DNA of 32,000 nucleotides from contig CP008936.1 of the NCBI GenBank assembly GCA_000743035.1, forward strand, positions 1,590,001-1,622,000, written 5' to 3'. The notes beneath the pieces are model-generated. The model had not been told where the DNA came from, ran no database searches, and was given only the letters and a program-made list of their open reading frames with translations. Source of the DNA: Candidatus Paracaedimonas acanthamoebae (GTDB lineage Bacteria > Pseudomonadota > Alphaproteobacteria > Caedimonadales > Caedimonadaceae). Within the stretch, counting starts at the first letter, position 1. Each line of letters begins with the position of its first letter. The translations under genes and the position numbers were made by a program. Positions 23,228-32,000 of this stretch are shown here, in pieces.

Positions 23228-24487
23228 TTAGCTACGAATATCGATATGAGCTCTTCTTTTCATTTCTCGAAGTTCTCCTTTTGCAAGGTTATTCAGCTTA
23301 TCCTCAATAAGGATGCTACGGACTTGATCTTTGGAAAGATTGTCGGGATTGATATCTTGCTTTTCACAGACGGTAAACATGATAACACCTGCATCTGAAA
23401 GCACGGGACTAGATGATTCACCAACATTTAATGAACCAATTAAATTCCGCATTTGAGGAATTAAATTTGCAACAGATAACTTTTTTACTTCCCGCATTTG
23501 AATATTTTCGTCTGCTTTTATAAGAGTCGATAGAACTGCACAACTTTTTGCATTATTTGCAAATGTGCGCGCTTTGTTCATAAGAGGGGCGATATTATCT
23601 TGAGTAAAAGGCTGGTTTAGTGGGAAAAGGGTTTGAATAAAGCTAATTAGCGTATCCTTTCCAAGGCTTTCACCCGCAGCCCTTTTATCACGAAGCAATA
23701 AGATATGATAACCATACTGAGTCCTAATCGGATCTGTTATATTGTCAACATTTAATCTTTCGATAGCTGTTTTTAACAAGGGATCGAGTTGATCTGCTGC
23801 GACCCAATCAATATCCCCAGATTGTGCTGCGCTTGCTGCTTGAGAAAACTGTTGGGCAATCGCAGAAAAATTAGCTCCCGAACGAATCTTGTTTACAAAT
23901 TCCCAAGCACGCTTCTTGACCTCTTCTTGTTGAGATGGATTATCAACGTCTAAGAAAATTTCTGCTAATAAAAATTGAGGTTGATCTTTCTTTTGAGCAA
24001 ATTTTTCAATTGCTCTATCTAATTCTCTTTCACTAATTTGAACAGAATTATAATAACGGGCTTGGATATATTCTCGCCATACAATATCAGCTTCCATTTG
24101 ATTTTTTAATATTTTTAAAGGAATATTATTGGATTGAAGGAGTCTTTTAAGAGTTCCTTCTTCCATATGGTTTCGATGTTCAATCTCTTTTATTGCTTGT
24201 TCTATGTCATTTTCAGAAGCACGAATATCAAATTGTTTTGCTTTATTTATTTTTAAAAGCTCATCAATCATGACTCGAAGAACTTGTGTTTCAAGTTGTT
24301 TTCTATTTGCTGCGGTATTTTCAAGACCTGAAGATAAAATAGCTAGCTTCAGACGATGGTCAAGATCGGCTTGAGAGATAATTTTATCTTCAATGACGGC
24401 TACAATGCGGCCGATTTCTCCATTGGCAAAACTTGGTAGGCTTATCAAGCAACTCGTGATGAATAAAAGTTTCAATAATTTTTGCAT
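23228..24487 (-). CDS. surA: Periplasmic chaperone / parvulin-type peptidyl-prolyl isomerase SurA
   Basis: It has the leader MQKLLKLLFITSCLISLPSFA, a SurA_N-like region (IVAVIEDKIISQADLDHRL...) and a parvulin block (..IRTQYGYHILLLRDKR). I prefer the ATG at 24487 (RBS AAGGG) over the ORF-track start at 24526. Confidence 0.85.
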   Translation of the reverse strand: MQKLLKLLFITSCLISLPSFANGEIGRIVAVIEDKIISQADLDHRLKLAILSSGLENTAANRKQLETQVLRVMIDELLKINKAKQFDIRASENDIEQAIKEIEHRNHMEEGTLKRLLQSNNIPLKILKNQMEADIVWREYIQARYYNSVQISERELDRAIEKFAQKKDQPQFLLAEIFLDVDNPSQQEEVKKRAWEFVNKIRSGANFSAIAQQFSQAASAAQSGDIDWVAADQLDPLLKTAIERLNVDNITDPIRTQYGYHILLLRDKRAAGESLGKDTLISFIQTLFPLNQPFTQDNIAPLMNKARTFANNAKSCAVLSTLIKADENIQMREVKKLSVANLIPQMRNLIGSLNVGESSSPVLSDAGVIMFTVCEKQDINPDNLSKDQVRSILIEDKLNNLAKGELREMKRRAHIDIRS

Positions 24488-24643
24488 ATTTTGACCCTTT
24501 AGTTTTAGTTTAGCAGAAGTCATCAAGAAAGTTTCACTTGAGTCCTTTTAGTAATCCATTTAAATAGCAGCTAATAGTCTCATTCAGCTCTATGCCATAC
24601 CTCTGCGTGAGATTCAAGTTTAACCTTAGTTTAGGGTCTTTGA

Positions 24644-25756
24644 GTGAACAAAATTATCAATCTTTATCTGTTTAGGCAGCTAAGTTTTGCTACTATAGGA
24701 ATAACTCTTGCTTTAACATCGGCCATTTGGTTGACGCAAAGCTTGCGGTTTTTACATTATATAGTTAACCGTGGCATTAATATGGGAACCTTTATTAAGT
24801 TTATCTTATTATTGCTTCCTGATCTTATTAGTATTATTCTTCCTATAGGTACCTTGATTGGTGTTTTATTTGTTTTTAATCGTCTTTATGTAGATAGCGA
24901 GTGGGTTGTGCTTAAATCTTTGGGTTTAAGCCATTTAAAAATTGCAGCGCCTGCAATATCTTTTGCTGTTGTTGTTATTACTTTTTTGTATGGCATAAAT
25001 TTATATTTCTTGCCTCTCTCGTTTCAAAAATTCAAAGATCTTCAATATAGCATTCGCAATAATACCGCTGCTACGATCATTCAACCAGGCGAGTTTAATA
25101 CGCTTAAAGGGATTACATTTTATGCAAGACAACGCCAATCTAATGGAGTTTTAAAAGGGATTTTTATCCATGATGCACGTGATACGCAAAAGGAAGTCAC
25201 GATTGCGGCTGAACAAGGGATGCTTCTTGAAACTCCAAAGGGAATGCGTTGTATTTTATTAAATGGAAATCGTCAAGAGTATGATCTCAAAACAGGTCAA
25301 CCTAATCTGCTTTCATTCAATCAATACGCGCTTGATATAACTTTTACACTTTCAGACCCCAAAGAACGCCACCGTAGACCTCAGGAAAGATTTTTAAATG
25401 AGCTTCTAAATCCTTCAGAAATTGAAAAAGATTCCTTGTCCGTAGATAAATTAAAAGTAGAGGCTCATCAACGTTTATTAATGCCTTTTACCGTGTTGGG
25501 ATTTGTTCTTATTTCCTTAAGTTTGTTTCAAAAAGGAGAGTATGATAGGCGTGGGCGTGTTAAAAGAATTGCAATGTCAATAATATTATGCACACTTTTT
25601 GAAGCCGCAATGTTGGGACTTATTCGTCTTTCAGAAAAATTACCTTCTCTTATTGTGATGGCTTATGTTCTATGTGCGAGTGTATGTGTTGCAGCATTTT
25701 TACTCTTAATAGAAAGACCTATAGGCCATTTTATATTTAGAAAAAAAGACAGTTAA
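24644..25756 (+). CDS. lptF: LPS export ABC transporter permease LptF
   Basis: It belongs to the YjgP/YjgQ family: INLYLFRQLSFATIGITLALTSAIWLTQSLRFLHYIVNRG, six hydrophobic segments and a central periplasmic beta-jellyroll-like region. It lies immediately upstream of lptG. Confidence 0.85.
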   Translation: MNKIINLYLFRQLSFATIGITLALTSAIWLTQSLRFLHYIVNRGINMGTFIKFILLLLPDLISIILPIGTLIGVLFVFNRLYVDSEWVVLKSLGLSHLKIAAPAISFAVVVITFLYGINLYFLPLSFQKFKDLQYSIRNNTAATIIQPGEFNTLKGITFYARQRQSNGVLKGIFIHDARDTQKEVTIAAEQGMLLETPKGMRCILLNGNRQEYDLKTGQPNLLSFNQYALDITFTLSDPKERHRRPQERFLNELLNPSEIEKDSLSVDKLKVEAHQRLLMPFTVLGFVLISLSLFQKGEYDRRGRVKRIAMSIILCTLFEAAMLGLIRLSEKLPSLIVMAYVLCASVCVAAFLLLIERPIGHFIFRKKDS

Positions 25757-25757
25757 G

Positions 25758-26855
25758 ATGTTATTATTCTCCTTAGTTCTTTTTCGATACTTAGCGCGTA
25801 ATTTTCTCAAGTGGTTTTTAATTGTTGCTTTTGCTGTTATGGCAATTATTGTTTTAGTAGATTTTTCAGAGCTTTTAAGGAAATCTGCTTCTAAGTCTGA
25901 TGTAAATTTTAAAATTTTGCTTCAAATGCTTATTTTTAAACTCCCATCTCTTATTCAGAGCGTTTTACCTTTTATAACTTTCTTTTCTGCAATTTTGACA
26001 TTTTGGGCGCTAAATCGTTCTCATGAATTAACAACTATTCGCGCAGCAGGGGTCTCCATATGGCAAACATTGAGTCCTCTCATTATTGCTAGTCTTGTTG
26101 TTGGAGGGATAGATTTAATGTTAATTAACCCTATATCCTCTCAATTGATGGTACGTTATGGACAACTTGATGACTATTACTTCCATGATAAAAAAGAAAA
26201 TTTAACAGTTTCTGAAACGGGTTTGTGGATACGTGAGGCCAAAAAGGATCAGCAACTTATTTTCCATATTAAGCATGTTAAATTAGAAAAGAAATTATTT
26301 AAAGGAATTGTAATTACTGTTTATAATCAAAAAAATCAGTTTATAGAAAGTATTAGTGCAAATTCAGGCTTGTTAAATAATGGGCAACTTCACCTAAAGA
26401 ATGTTTGGAAAGTAGCGCCAGAACAGTTGCCAGAAAAATATACAAACTTAAAGCTCCCAACGACTATTTCGCTTGATACCATTAAAAATACAGGGGCTTC
26501 TCCTGGAAGTGTTTCTTTTTGGGAATTACCAAGGACTGCTCAGCTTTTAGAAACATCTGGGATCTCAGGGCTTAAATACATGCTTTATTGGCATGTATTG
26601 TTGTCGAGATGGGGTTGGTTGGGTGCTATGGTTGTGTTAGCTGCTTCATGTTCTTTAAGACCAATACGCCAACAAGGGACGGTTTATTTATTTACAATGG
26701 GAGCCATAGTTGCATTTTTACTTTATTTTCTCCGAGATATTACATATGCATTTGGGACATCAGGGAAATTGCCGATAGCATTATCAGCTTGGTTTCCTTT
26801 TGCTATCAGTCTGGTTACAGGGATTACACTTTTACTTTATTCTGAGGATGGATAA
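25758..26855 (+). CDS. lptG: LPS export ABC transporter permease LptG
   Basis: It has LFRYLARNFLKWFLIVAFAVMAIIVLVDFSELLRK and the YjgP/YjgQ architecture. The lptF stop and lptG start are adjacent. Confidence 0.85.
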   Translation: MLLFSLVLFRYLARNFLKWFLIVAFAVMAIIVLVDFSELLRKSASKSDVNFKILLQMLIFKLPSLIQSVLPFITFFSAILTFWALNRSHELTTIRAAGVSIWQTLSPLIIASLVVGGIDLMLINPISSQLMVRYGQLDDYYFHDKKENLTVSETGLWIREAKKDQQLIFHIKHVKLEKKLFKGIVITVYNQKNQFIESISANSGLLNNGQLHLKNVWKVAPEQLPEKYTNLKLPTTISLDTIKNTGASPGSVSFWELPRTAQLLETSGISGLKYMLYWHVLLSRWGWLGAMVVLAASCSLRPIRQQGTVYLFTMGAIVAFLLYFLRDITYAFGTSGKLPIALSAWFPFAISLVTGITLLLYSEDG

Positions 26856-29115
26856 ATTGCGATATTTCTCTTTATTTTTTATCATTTTAGTGACGATTTC
26901 TCTCGTAGCAAAAGATGCTAAAAGTAGTATTTTTAGCCATCAAGTAAACTCGAATAAGGAATCAAATAGTTTAATTTATGCAGACGAAGTGATTTATGAA
27001 AAAGAGCTTGATCTCATTGTTGCAAAAGGCAACGTAGAGATTGTTCGAAATGGACGAATTTTGCTCGCAGATGTCGTAACTTATAATAAGAAAACAGATC
27101 TGCTTACAGCATCAGGAAATGTAAAACTTCAGGAATCTAAAGGAGAAATTATATTTTTAGATTATGCAGAATTAAGTAGTGACTTCAAAGATGGGTTTGT
27201 TAAACATGTTCGTATGCTTTTTCCTGATGAGGCCCGATTAGTTGCCTCTTGCGCAAAAAGAGCACAAGGGGAGTTAATGCATTTTGAAGGTCCTGTTTAT
27301 TCTCCGTGCAAACTTTGTAAAAATGATCCTTCTAAGCCACCATTATGGCAAGTTAAAGCACGCCATGCAGAATGGGATGAAACTAAGGAAAATATTTATT
27401 ATACGGATGCTTTTTTAGAAATGTTTGGGTGGCCTGCATTTTATCTTCCATATTTTAGTCATCCAGCTCCAAATGCTAAACGACGTACGGGGATATTATC
27501 GCCCACATTTTCATATATATCCGAGCTTGGTCCTTCAATAACAACTCCTGTTTTTATTGTTTTATCAAAAGACAAGGATCTTACTTTAAGCCCAACTTTT
27601 TTTACGAAGAATTTTTTTATGCTACAAGCCGAGTATCAACAACGGTTTGAACGTGGTGAATTTTCTATTTCAGGGAGCGTGACATCAGGAGAAGAAATTA
27701 AAAATCAACTTCTCAAGAACAGACCCAAAACAAAAGAGTCAGGAAAAAAAAGATGGCATATTTTTTCTACTGCACGTTATGAATTTACAAAAAATATTCG
27801 AGGGGGACTCGATATTGAACGGGCAAGTGATTCCACTTATTTTAAACGTTATAAGAATTTAGGTATTACACGGCAAAATAGCTTAACCTCAAAAGCTTAT
27901 GTTGAAGGATTTTGGGGGAGAAGCTATGGACAAATTCAAAGTGTTGTTTTTCAGGGACTTAGGCAAGGAGATCAAGCAGCAACGACACCAAAACTTCTTC
28001 CTATGGTGGATTATAATTTTCTTTCACAGCCCGATAATTTAGGTGGACGCTTCAGTTTTGATGGCAATTTTCTTTCATTAGCCCGCAAAGAAGGAACAAA
28101 TATACAGCGTCTCTCAGGAACAGGTGGATGGCAAATACCATACTTATCTTCTTGGGGAGAAATTTACACAATTGGCGCAAAACTAAGAGGGGATACTTAC
28201 CATATTCAGGATTTTAATTATACATCCGCCCCTTCCTTACAGCAGAATGGGCCTTTGTTTAAGGGGACAATTTCTCGTGCGTTGCCTCAAGCTTATGCAA
28301 ATTGGCGAATGCCTTTTATACGTCCTTTTGCAGAATATCGCCTTATTGCAGAGCCGATTATTGGCTTTATAGCTTCGCCAAATATTAGGCATCCGAACAA
28401 ATTACCAAATGAAGATAGTCGTTTTTTTGAGCTTGATGATATTAATCTCTTTAATGACAATCGTATGGCTGGCCTTGATCGTATTGATGGTGGAACAAGG
28501 CTTAACTATGGTTTTAATATAGATGTTTTTGCAAAGATGATTGGAAATTCCAATTTATTTATTGGGCAAAGTTTTGCGTTTAATAGACCTCATGAAAATT
28601 TAAGAGGTACAGGTCTGCATAAAGGCTTTTCTGATTATGTTGCGCGCTTTAAATACAATTATAAAAATTGGGTTAATCTTAACACACGCTTCTTATTAAA
28701 TCGAAACAATTTAGCTCCAAGACGCAGCGAAATATCCGTTGGTGTCGGGAAGCCTATCTTAAGACTGCAAACGGATTTTATTCAGCTTCCTCGGTTTGCT
28801 GAAGATCCCAATGATAGAGCAGGTAAACAAATAAGATTCACCCTTAGTTCAAATTTTATAGAAAATTGGTCAGCTAGTATAAGTACAACGCGCCAACTAG
28901 GTCGACTTGGGGGGACTTTAGCAAATGTAGCAACTTTGACCTATACGGATGAATGTTTCATTTTTAGTCACTCGCTCAGCAAGACTTTTTACATCGATAA
29001 GGATGTGAAACCTGGAACTACATACATGTTTAGAATTGTCTTCAAGAATTTAGGTGAAGTCTCGCAAAGCTTTGGAAATAAGACTAATCCCCTCACAGGA
29101 GAACCAATTATTTAA
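26848..29115 (+). CDS. lptD: LPS-assembly outer-membrane protein LptD (OstA)
   Basis: It has the leader MDKLRYFSLFFIILVTISLVA, an OstA N-terminal block (LIYADEVIYEKELDLIVAKGNVEIVRNGRILLADVVTYNKKTDLLTASGNVKL) and a long beta-barrel region. I prefer the ATG at 26848, which overlaps the lptG stop (ATGGATAA), over 26800. Confidence 0.9.
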   Translation: MDKLRYFSLFFIILVTISLVAKDAKSSIFSHQVNSNKESNSLIYADEVIYEKELDLIVAKGNVEIVRNGRILLADVVTYNKKTDLLTASGNVKLQESKGEIIFLDYAELSSDFKDGFVKHVRMLFPDEARLVASCAKRAQGELMHFEGPVYSPCKLCKNDPSKPPLWQVKARHAEWDETKENIYYTDAFLEMFGWPAFYLPYFSHPAPNAKRRTGILSPTFSYISELGPSITTPVFIVLSKDKDLTLSPTFFTKNFFMLQAEYQQRFERGEFSISGSVTSGEEIKNQLLKNRPKTKESGKKRWHIFSTARYEFTKNIRGGLDIERASDSTYFKRYKNLGITRQNSLTSKAYVEGFWGRSYGQIQSVVFQGLRQGDQAATTPKLLPMVDYNFLSQPDNLGGRFSFDGNFLSLARKEGTNIQRLSGTGGWQIPYLSSWGEIYTIGAKLRGDTYHIQDFNYTSAPSLQQNGPLFKGTISRALPQAYANWRMPFIRPFAEYRLIAEPIIGFIASPNIRHPNKLPNEDSRFFELDDINLFNDNRMAGLDRIDGGTRLNYGFNIDVFAKMIGNSNLFIGQSFAFNRPHENLRGTGLHKGFSDYVARFKYNYKNWVNLNTRFLLNRNNLAPRRSEISVGVGKPILRLQTDFIQLPRFAEDPNDRAGKQIRFTLSSNFIENWSASISTTRQLGRLGGTLANVATLTYTDECFIFSHSLSKTFYIDKDVKPGTTYMFRIVFKNLGEVSQSFGNKTNPLTGEPII

Positions 29116-30251
29116 AAAAGGTAAAGTTGTAAGGTTTGTTGGATAAGCTTTTTTTCACTAAAGTTGCGTTCAATAATCTCCCGACCTTGTTTTCCCATCT
29201 TTTTTCTTAATGGGGAGTTTATAATTAGTTTTTGAATAGCTTCAGCTAAAGCCAGCGCATTCTTAGAGGGGACCAATAAGCCATTCTTTTCATTTTGCAC
29301 GACTTCTCGGCATCCAGGGACGTCTGTTGTAACAAGGGCTCTCCCACAAGATGCTGCTTCTAAAAGGGTCTTTGGAAGCCCTTCTCGATAGGAAGGAAGC
29401 ACGACAAGATGGCTTTTGTGATAAACAGAAACAACTTCTTTTGTAGGACCATGCCATATAATTAGGCCATCTTGTTGCCAATCATTTAATTCTTGGATAG
29501 TTATTGAGGAAGGATTTAAAGGATCGAGGTCTCCCCAGAAATGAAATTGAGCCTTAATGTGTTGAAATCTTAAAATTTTAATAGCATCAATAAGTTCTAA
29601 TATACCTTTGTCCTTCAGCATTCTGGAAACAAAAGAGACGAGTGGACCTTTTTTATCATCAATTTGCGGTTCTTCTTGATATGAGAATATATCTGTATTA
29701 ACGCCAACTCCTTTAATCGTCACTAGATGGTCTTTTTGGATTATATGGCGATCAAGCAAAAGTTTTGCATCATCACAGTTTTGCAAGATTAAAGTAGAAG
29801 TTGGGCGATTAAGAAGGATTTTTAAGATTTTTTGTACGATTTTTCGCAAAAAACATGTTTTTAAACTTTTATGTGTGAAGAGGTAACCCAAACCGCCAAA
29901 GGCATTTATAACACGTGGCGTTTTGTTTATCCATGCAATTAAGCTTCCATATATAACCGGTTTTATGGCGACATGATGAACAAGATCAGGATTAATATTT
30001 TTATAGATGGTTTTTAATTCTTTAAGGCTGAGAAGCTCTGTGTTCAGATTTCCACTTGAACGGTTAAAATATTGTAAAGGAATTATTTTAATTCCAGCGG
30101 CTTCAATTTGTTTTTGGCAATCACTCAAAGAAGTAATTAAAAATACATCATAACCTTTTGCAAGAGCCACTTTTGCAAGAGGAAGACGATGAGTACAAAA
30201 ATACCAATCTTCAGAAACAAAATAAAGAAGCCGTTTTGATTTTTTGCTCAT
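29112..30251 (-). CDS. Glycosyltransferase family 4 (GT-B fold, group 1)
   Basis: The C-terminal signature is VLPSYREGLPKTLLEAASCGRALVTTDVPGCREVVQNEKNGLLVP. Its stop overlaps the lptD stop convergently. Confidence 0.8.
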   Translation of the reverse strand: MSKKSKRLLYFVSEDWYFCTHRLPLAKVALAKGYDVFLITSLSDCQKQIEAAGIKIIPLQYFNRSSGNLNTELLSLKELKTIYKNINPDLVHHVAIKPVIYGSLIAWINKTPRVINAFGGLGYLFTHKSLKTCFLRKIVQKILKILLNRPTSTLILQNCDDAKLLLDRHIIQKDHLVTIKGVGVNTDIFSYQEEPQIDDKKGPLVSFVSRMLKDKGILELIDAIKILRFQHIKAQFHFWGDLDPLNPSSITIQELNDWQQDGLIIWHGPTKEVVSVYHKSHLVVLPSYREGLPKTLLEAASCGRALVTTDVPGCREVVQNEKNGLLVPSKNALALAEAIQKLIINSPLRKKMGKQGREIIERNFSEKKLIQQTLQLYLF

Positions 30252-30296
30252 AAGTTACCTTTATGCTAATTTTACTTATCATACCTTGGAGGCATC

Positions 30297-30953
30297 ATGA
30301 AACAACATCCTAAAATTTCGAGTTCGATACTCTCTGCAAATTTTGCATCTCTAGGGAAAGAAATTGCAGATGTAACCCAAGCAGGTGCCGATTCAATACA
30401 TATAGATGTAATGGACGGGCATTTTGTCCCTAATATCACCTTGGGACCTCAAGTCATCAGAGCAATACGCCCTTACTCGCCTCTTCCTTTTGATGTGCAT
30501 TTAATGATTAATAATGTTGATTCTTACCTTGAGTTTTTTGCTGCCGCGGGAGCAGATCGTCTCATTGTTCATCCTGAAGCTGAACCTCATATACATCGAA
30601 TCCTTCAAAGAATTAAGAAGCTTGGTAAGAAAGCGGGGGTCGCTCTTAATCCAGCCACTTCACCTCGTGCTATTGAGTATTTGATAAATGAAATTGATTA
30701 TATCCTTATAATGACAGTAAATCCTGGTTTTGGTGGCCAAAGTTTTATTTCTCAGCAGCTCGAAAAAATTAAAGTGGTTCGTTCTATTGTAGGAACGCAG
30801 CCCATTGAAATTGCTGTTGATGGGGGTGTCACCCTTGAAAATTCTCAACAGATTATAGAGGCTGGTGCATCCACTCTTGTGGCAGGTACATCTATTTTCA
30901 ATGACTTAGGGTACGAAAATAATATAAGGCGTTTAAGGGGAGAAATAGCTTAA
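30297..30953 (+). CDS. rpe: Ribulose-phosphate 3-epimerase
   Basis: It has SILSANFASLG, HIDVMDGHFVPNITLGP, DVHLMI and MTVNPGFGGQSF. An RBS GGAGG lies upstream. Confidence 0.95.
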   Translation: MKQHPKISSSILSANFASLGKEIADVTQAGADSIHIDVMDGHFVPNITLGPQVIRAIRPYSPLPFDVHLMINNVDSYLEFFAAAGADRLIVHPEAEPHIHRILQRIKKLGKKAGVALNPATSPRAIEYLINEIDYILIMTVNPGFGGQSFISQQLEKIKVVRSIVGTQPIEIAVDGGVTLENSQQIIEAGASTLVAGTSIFNDLGYENNIRRLRGEIA

Positions 30954-30986
30954 ATTATAATATTGAATTTTGTTTACAATTCTTTC

Positions 30987-31014
30987 TTGCAAATTCTTTT
31001 TACTTGGTTATGAT
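30987..31014 (+). promoter_or_regulatory. Sigma70-like promoter candidate for tRNA-Gly
   Basis: It reads TTGCAA (30987-30992) - 16 nt - TATGAT (31009-31014), about 20 nt upstream of the tRNA 5' end. Confidence 0.4.
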
Positions 31015-31034
31015 CCATTCATATTTCTTGGGGC

Positions 31035-31109
31035 GCGGGCGTAGCTCAGGGGTAGAGCACAACCTTGCCAAGGTTGGGGTCGAGGGTTCAAATCCCTTCG
31101 CCCGCTCCA
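31035..31109 (+). tRNA. tRNA-Gly (anticodon GCC), CCA encoded
   Basis: Folded by hand. The acceptor is GCGGGCG/CGCCCGC, the D arm GCTC-AGGGGTA-GAGC, the anticodon arm CAACC-TTGCCAA-GGTTG and the T arm GAGGG-TTCAAAT-CCCTT. The discriminator is T, followed by CCA. Confidence 0.95.
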
Positions 31110-31293
31110 TTTAATAAATGAGTCTTTAATAATAAGTATATTTCTATCACCATATTGAAATCATATTATCGTATAATTCTTTGAAAAACCTTATTCATCG
31201 TTTTCCTTCTTTTAAAATCTTAAAATAAATCAGCGTTACAATTTCCAGTATTACTTAAATTTTTATCAATTAATTTTTGAGGAAGCTATTTTT

Positions 31294-32000
31294 ATGCAAC
31301 AATTTATTCTGCCTGTTTTATTGATATTATCTTTGATCCCATGTTGTATTGAAATCGATATTTCAGCTCCAAGTTTTCCAGAAATTGCCTCATATTTTGG
31401 CGTTTCAGAAGGAAAGGTAGGGATGACGATCGCTTATAATTTTCTGGGATTTTGGGTCTCAGCTGTTCTATATGGGCCTTTGTCGGAATGTTATGGTAGA
31501 AGAAGAATAATGATTTCTGGGAATGCCCTGCTTTTGATAGGTGCCTTTGGATGTGGGACCGTGACTACAATAGACCAACTCTTGATTTGGAGATTTATCC
31601 AAGGTTTGGGGGCGAGCACTTCTGCTGTTATTGTATTTGCAATGGTAGCAGACGTCTATAAAGGAAATAAAGCAATTCGGTTGATAGGTGTTATGAATGC
31701 AATATTAACCTTCATTATGGCTATTGCTCCCGTTATCGGAAGTTTTATTAACCGCGCTTGGGGATGGCGAGGTAATTATTTTATTGTGGCAGGTGTCAGT
31801 CTTATTTCTTGGATTTTACTTCTTAAAATGCTGCCTGAGACAAAAAGAAATCTGCAAAAATTTCACTTTGGAAAAATTCACCAGGATTACAAAACTTTAT
31901 TAAAGAGCCCTGAATTTATAGGAACTTCTTTTGTACCAAGTATGCTTTATGCTTCTTACATGGCATTTATTGCGTGTGGGCCGTTTTTATATATGGAAAC
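31294..32000 (+). CDS. MFS transporter, Bcr/CflA drug-resistance subfamily-like (N-terminal ~235 aa; continues beyond the window)
   Basis: It is not in the ORF track because no stop is reached. It has MQQFILPVLLILSLIPCCIEIDISAPSFPEIASYFGVSEGKVGMTIAYNFLGF..GPLSECYGRRRIM..RFIQGLGAS..MVADVY. An RBS GAGGAAG lies upstream. Confidence 0.8.
   Translation, partial: MQQFILPVLLILSLIPCCIEIDISAPSFPEIASYFGVSEGKVGMTIAYNFLGFWVSAVLYGPLSECYGRRRIMISGNALLLIGAFGCGTVTTIDQLLIWRFIQGLGASTSAVIVFAMVADVYKGNKAIRLIGVMNAILTFIMAIAPVIGSFINRAWGWRGNYFIVAGVSLISWILLLKMLPETKRNLQKFHFGKIHQDYKTLLKSPEFIGTSFVPSMLYASYMAFIACGPFLYME

Noticed and set aside
26800-26847. The ORF-track start of lptD at 26800, and similarly surA at 24526.
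   Set aside because: The upstream extensions overlap the preceding gene or add non-leader residues. The internal ATGs (26848 and 24487) give canonical signal peptides and sensible RBS or overlap geometry.
1391-30848. Other short internal or antisense ORFs from the track: 1391-1585, 2707-2955, 3988-4185, 4313-4510, 7137-7334, 7880-8125, 9191-9382, 10639-10911, 12609-12797, 17668-18015, 21374-21646, 23177-23398, 26588-26845, 29290-29481 and 30660-30848.
   Set aside because: Each is nested in or antisense to a longer, motif-supported gene, or lies in an IS remnant or intergenic AT-rich DNA. None shows a recognisable motif, so they are treated as spurious.

Overview
This is an AT-rich Gram-negative chromosome segment with two very different halves. 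My guess, from sequence alone and unverified, is an obligate intracellular or amoeba-associated proteobacterium with alphaproteobacterial-style lptF-lptG-lptD synteny.

(1) nt 1-22220 is a strongly decayed accessory region. It holds at least eight IS6-family ends or fragments of about three sequence subtypes. It also holds one apparently intact IS110/IS1111-family element with 13-bp inverted repeats and a long 3' non-coding tail, one IS3-family element with a broken orfA, an IS110-type 3' scar, a serine-recombinase remnant, and a group II intron 3' stump with recognisable domains V and VI. Truncated housekeeping-type genes are present too: SRAP, umuC and nhaA. Between these scars lie lineage-specific genes, most with Sec-type leaders and several with eukaryote-like domains:
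- an F-box protein;
- Sel1-repeat proteins;
- a protein-kinase C-lobe remnant with a tyrosine-rich tail;
- a protein ending in a perfect 9-bp x ~20 in-frame repeat, (EKM)n;
- a 1095-aa STAND NTPase with the unusual order LuxR-HTH / hydrophobic helix / NB-ARC / 8 TPRs.

(2) nt 22221-32000 is ordinary core genome: rsmA(ksgA), surA, lptF, lptG, lptD, a GT4 glycosyltransferase, rpe, tRNA-Gly(GCC) and a partial Bcr/CflA-type MFS transporter.

The most interesting items are the STAND regulator/sensor, the IS1111-like element with a candidate bridge/seek RNA region, the leader-bearing F-box and secretome cluster, and the hypervariable-looking EKM repeat. No CRISPR array, rRNA or clear toxin-antitoxin or defence operon was seen. 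All family assignments come from motif recognition by eye, not from database searches.
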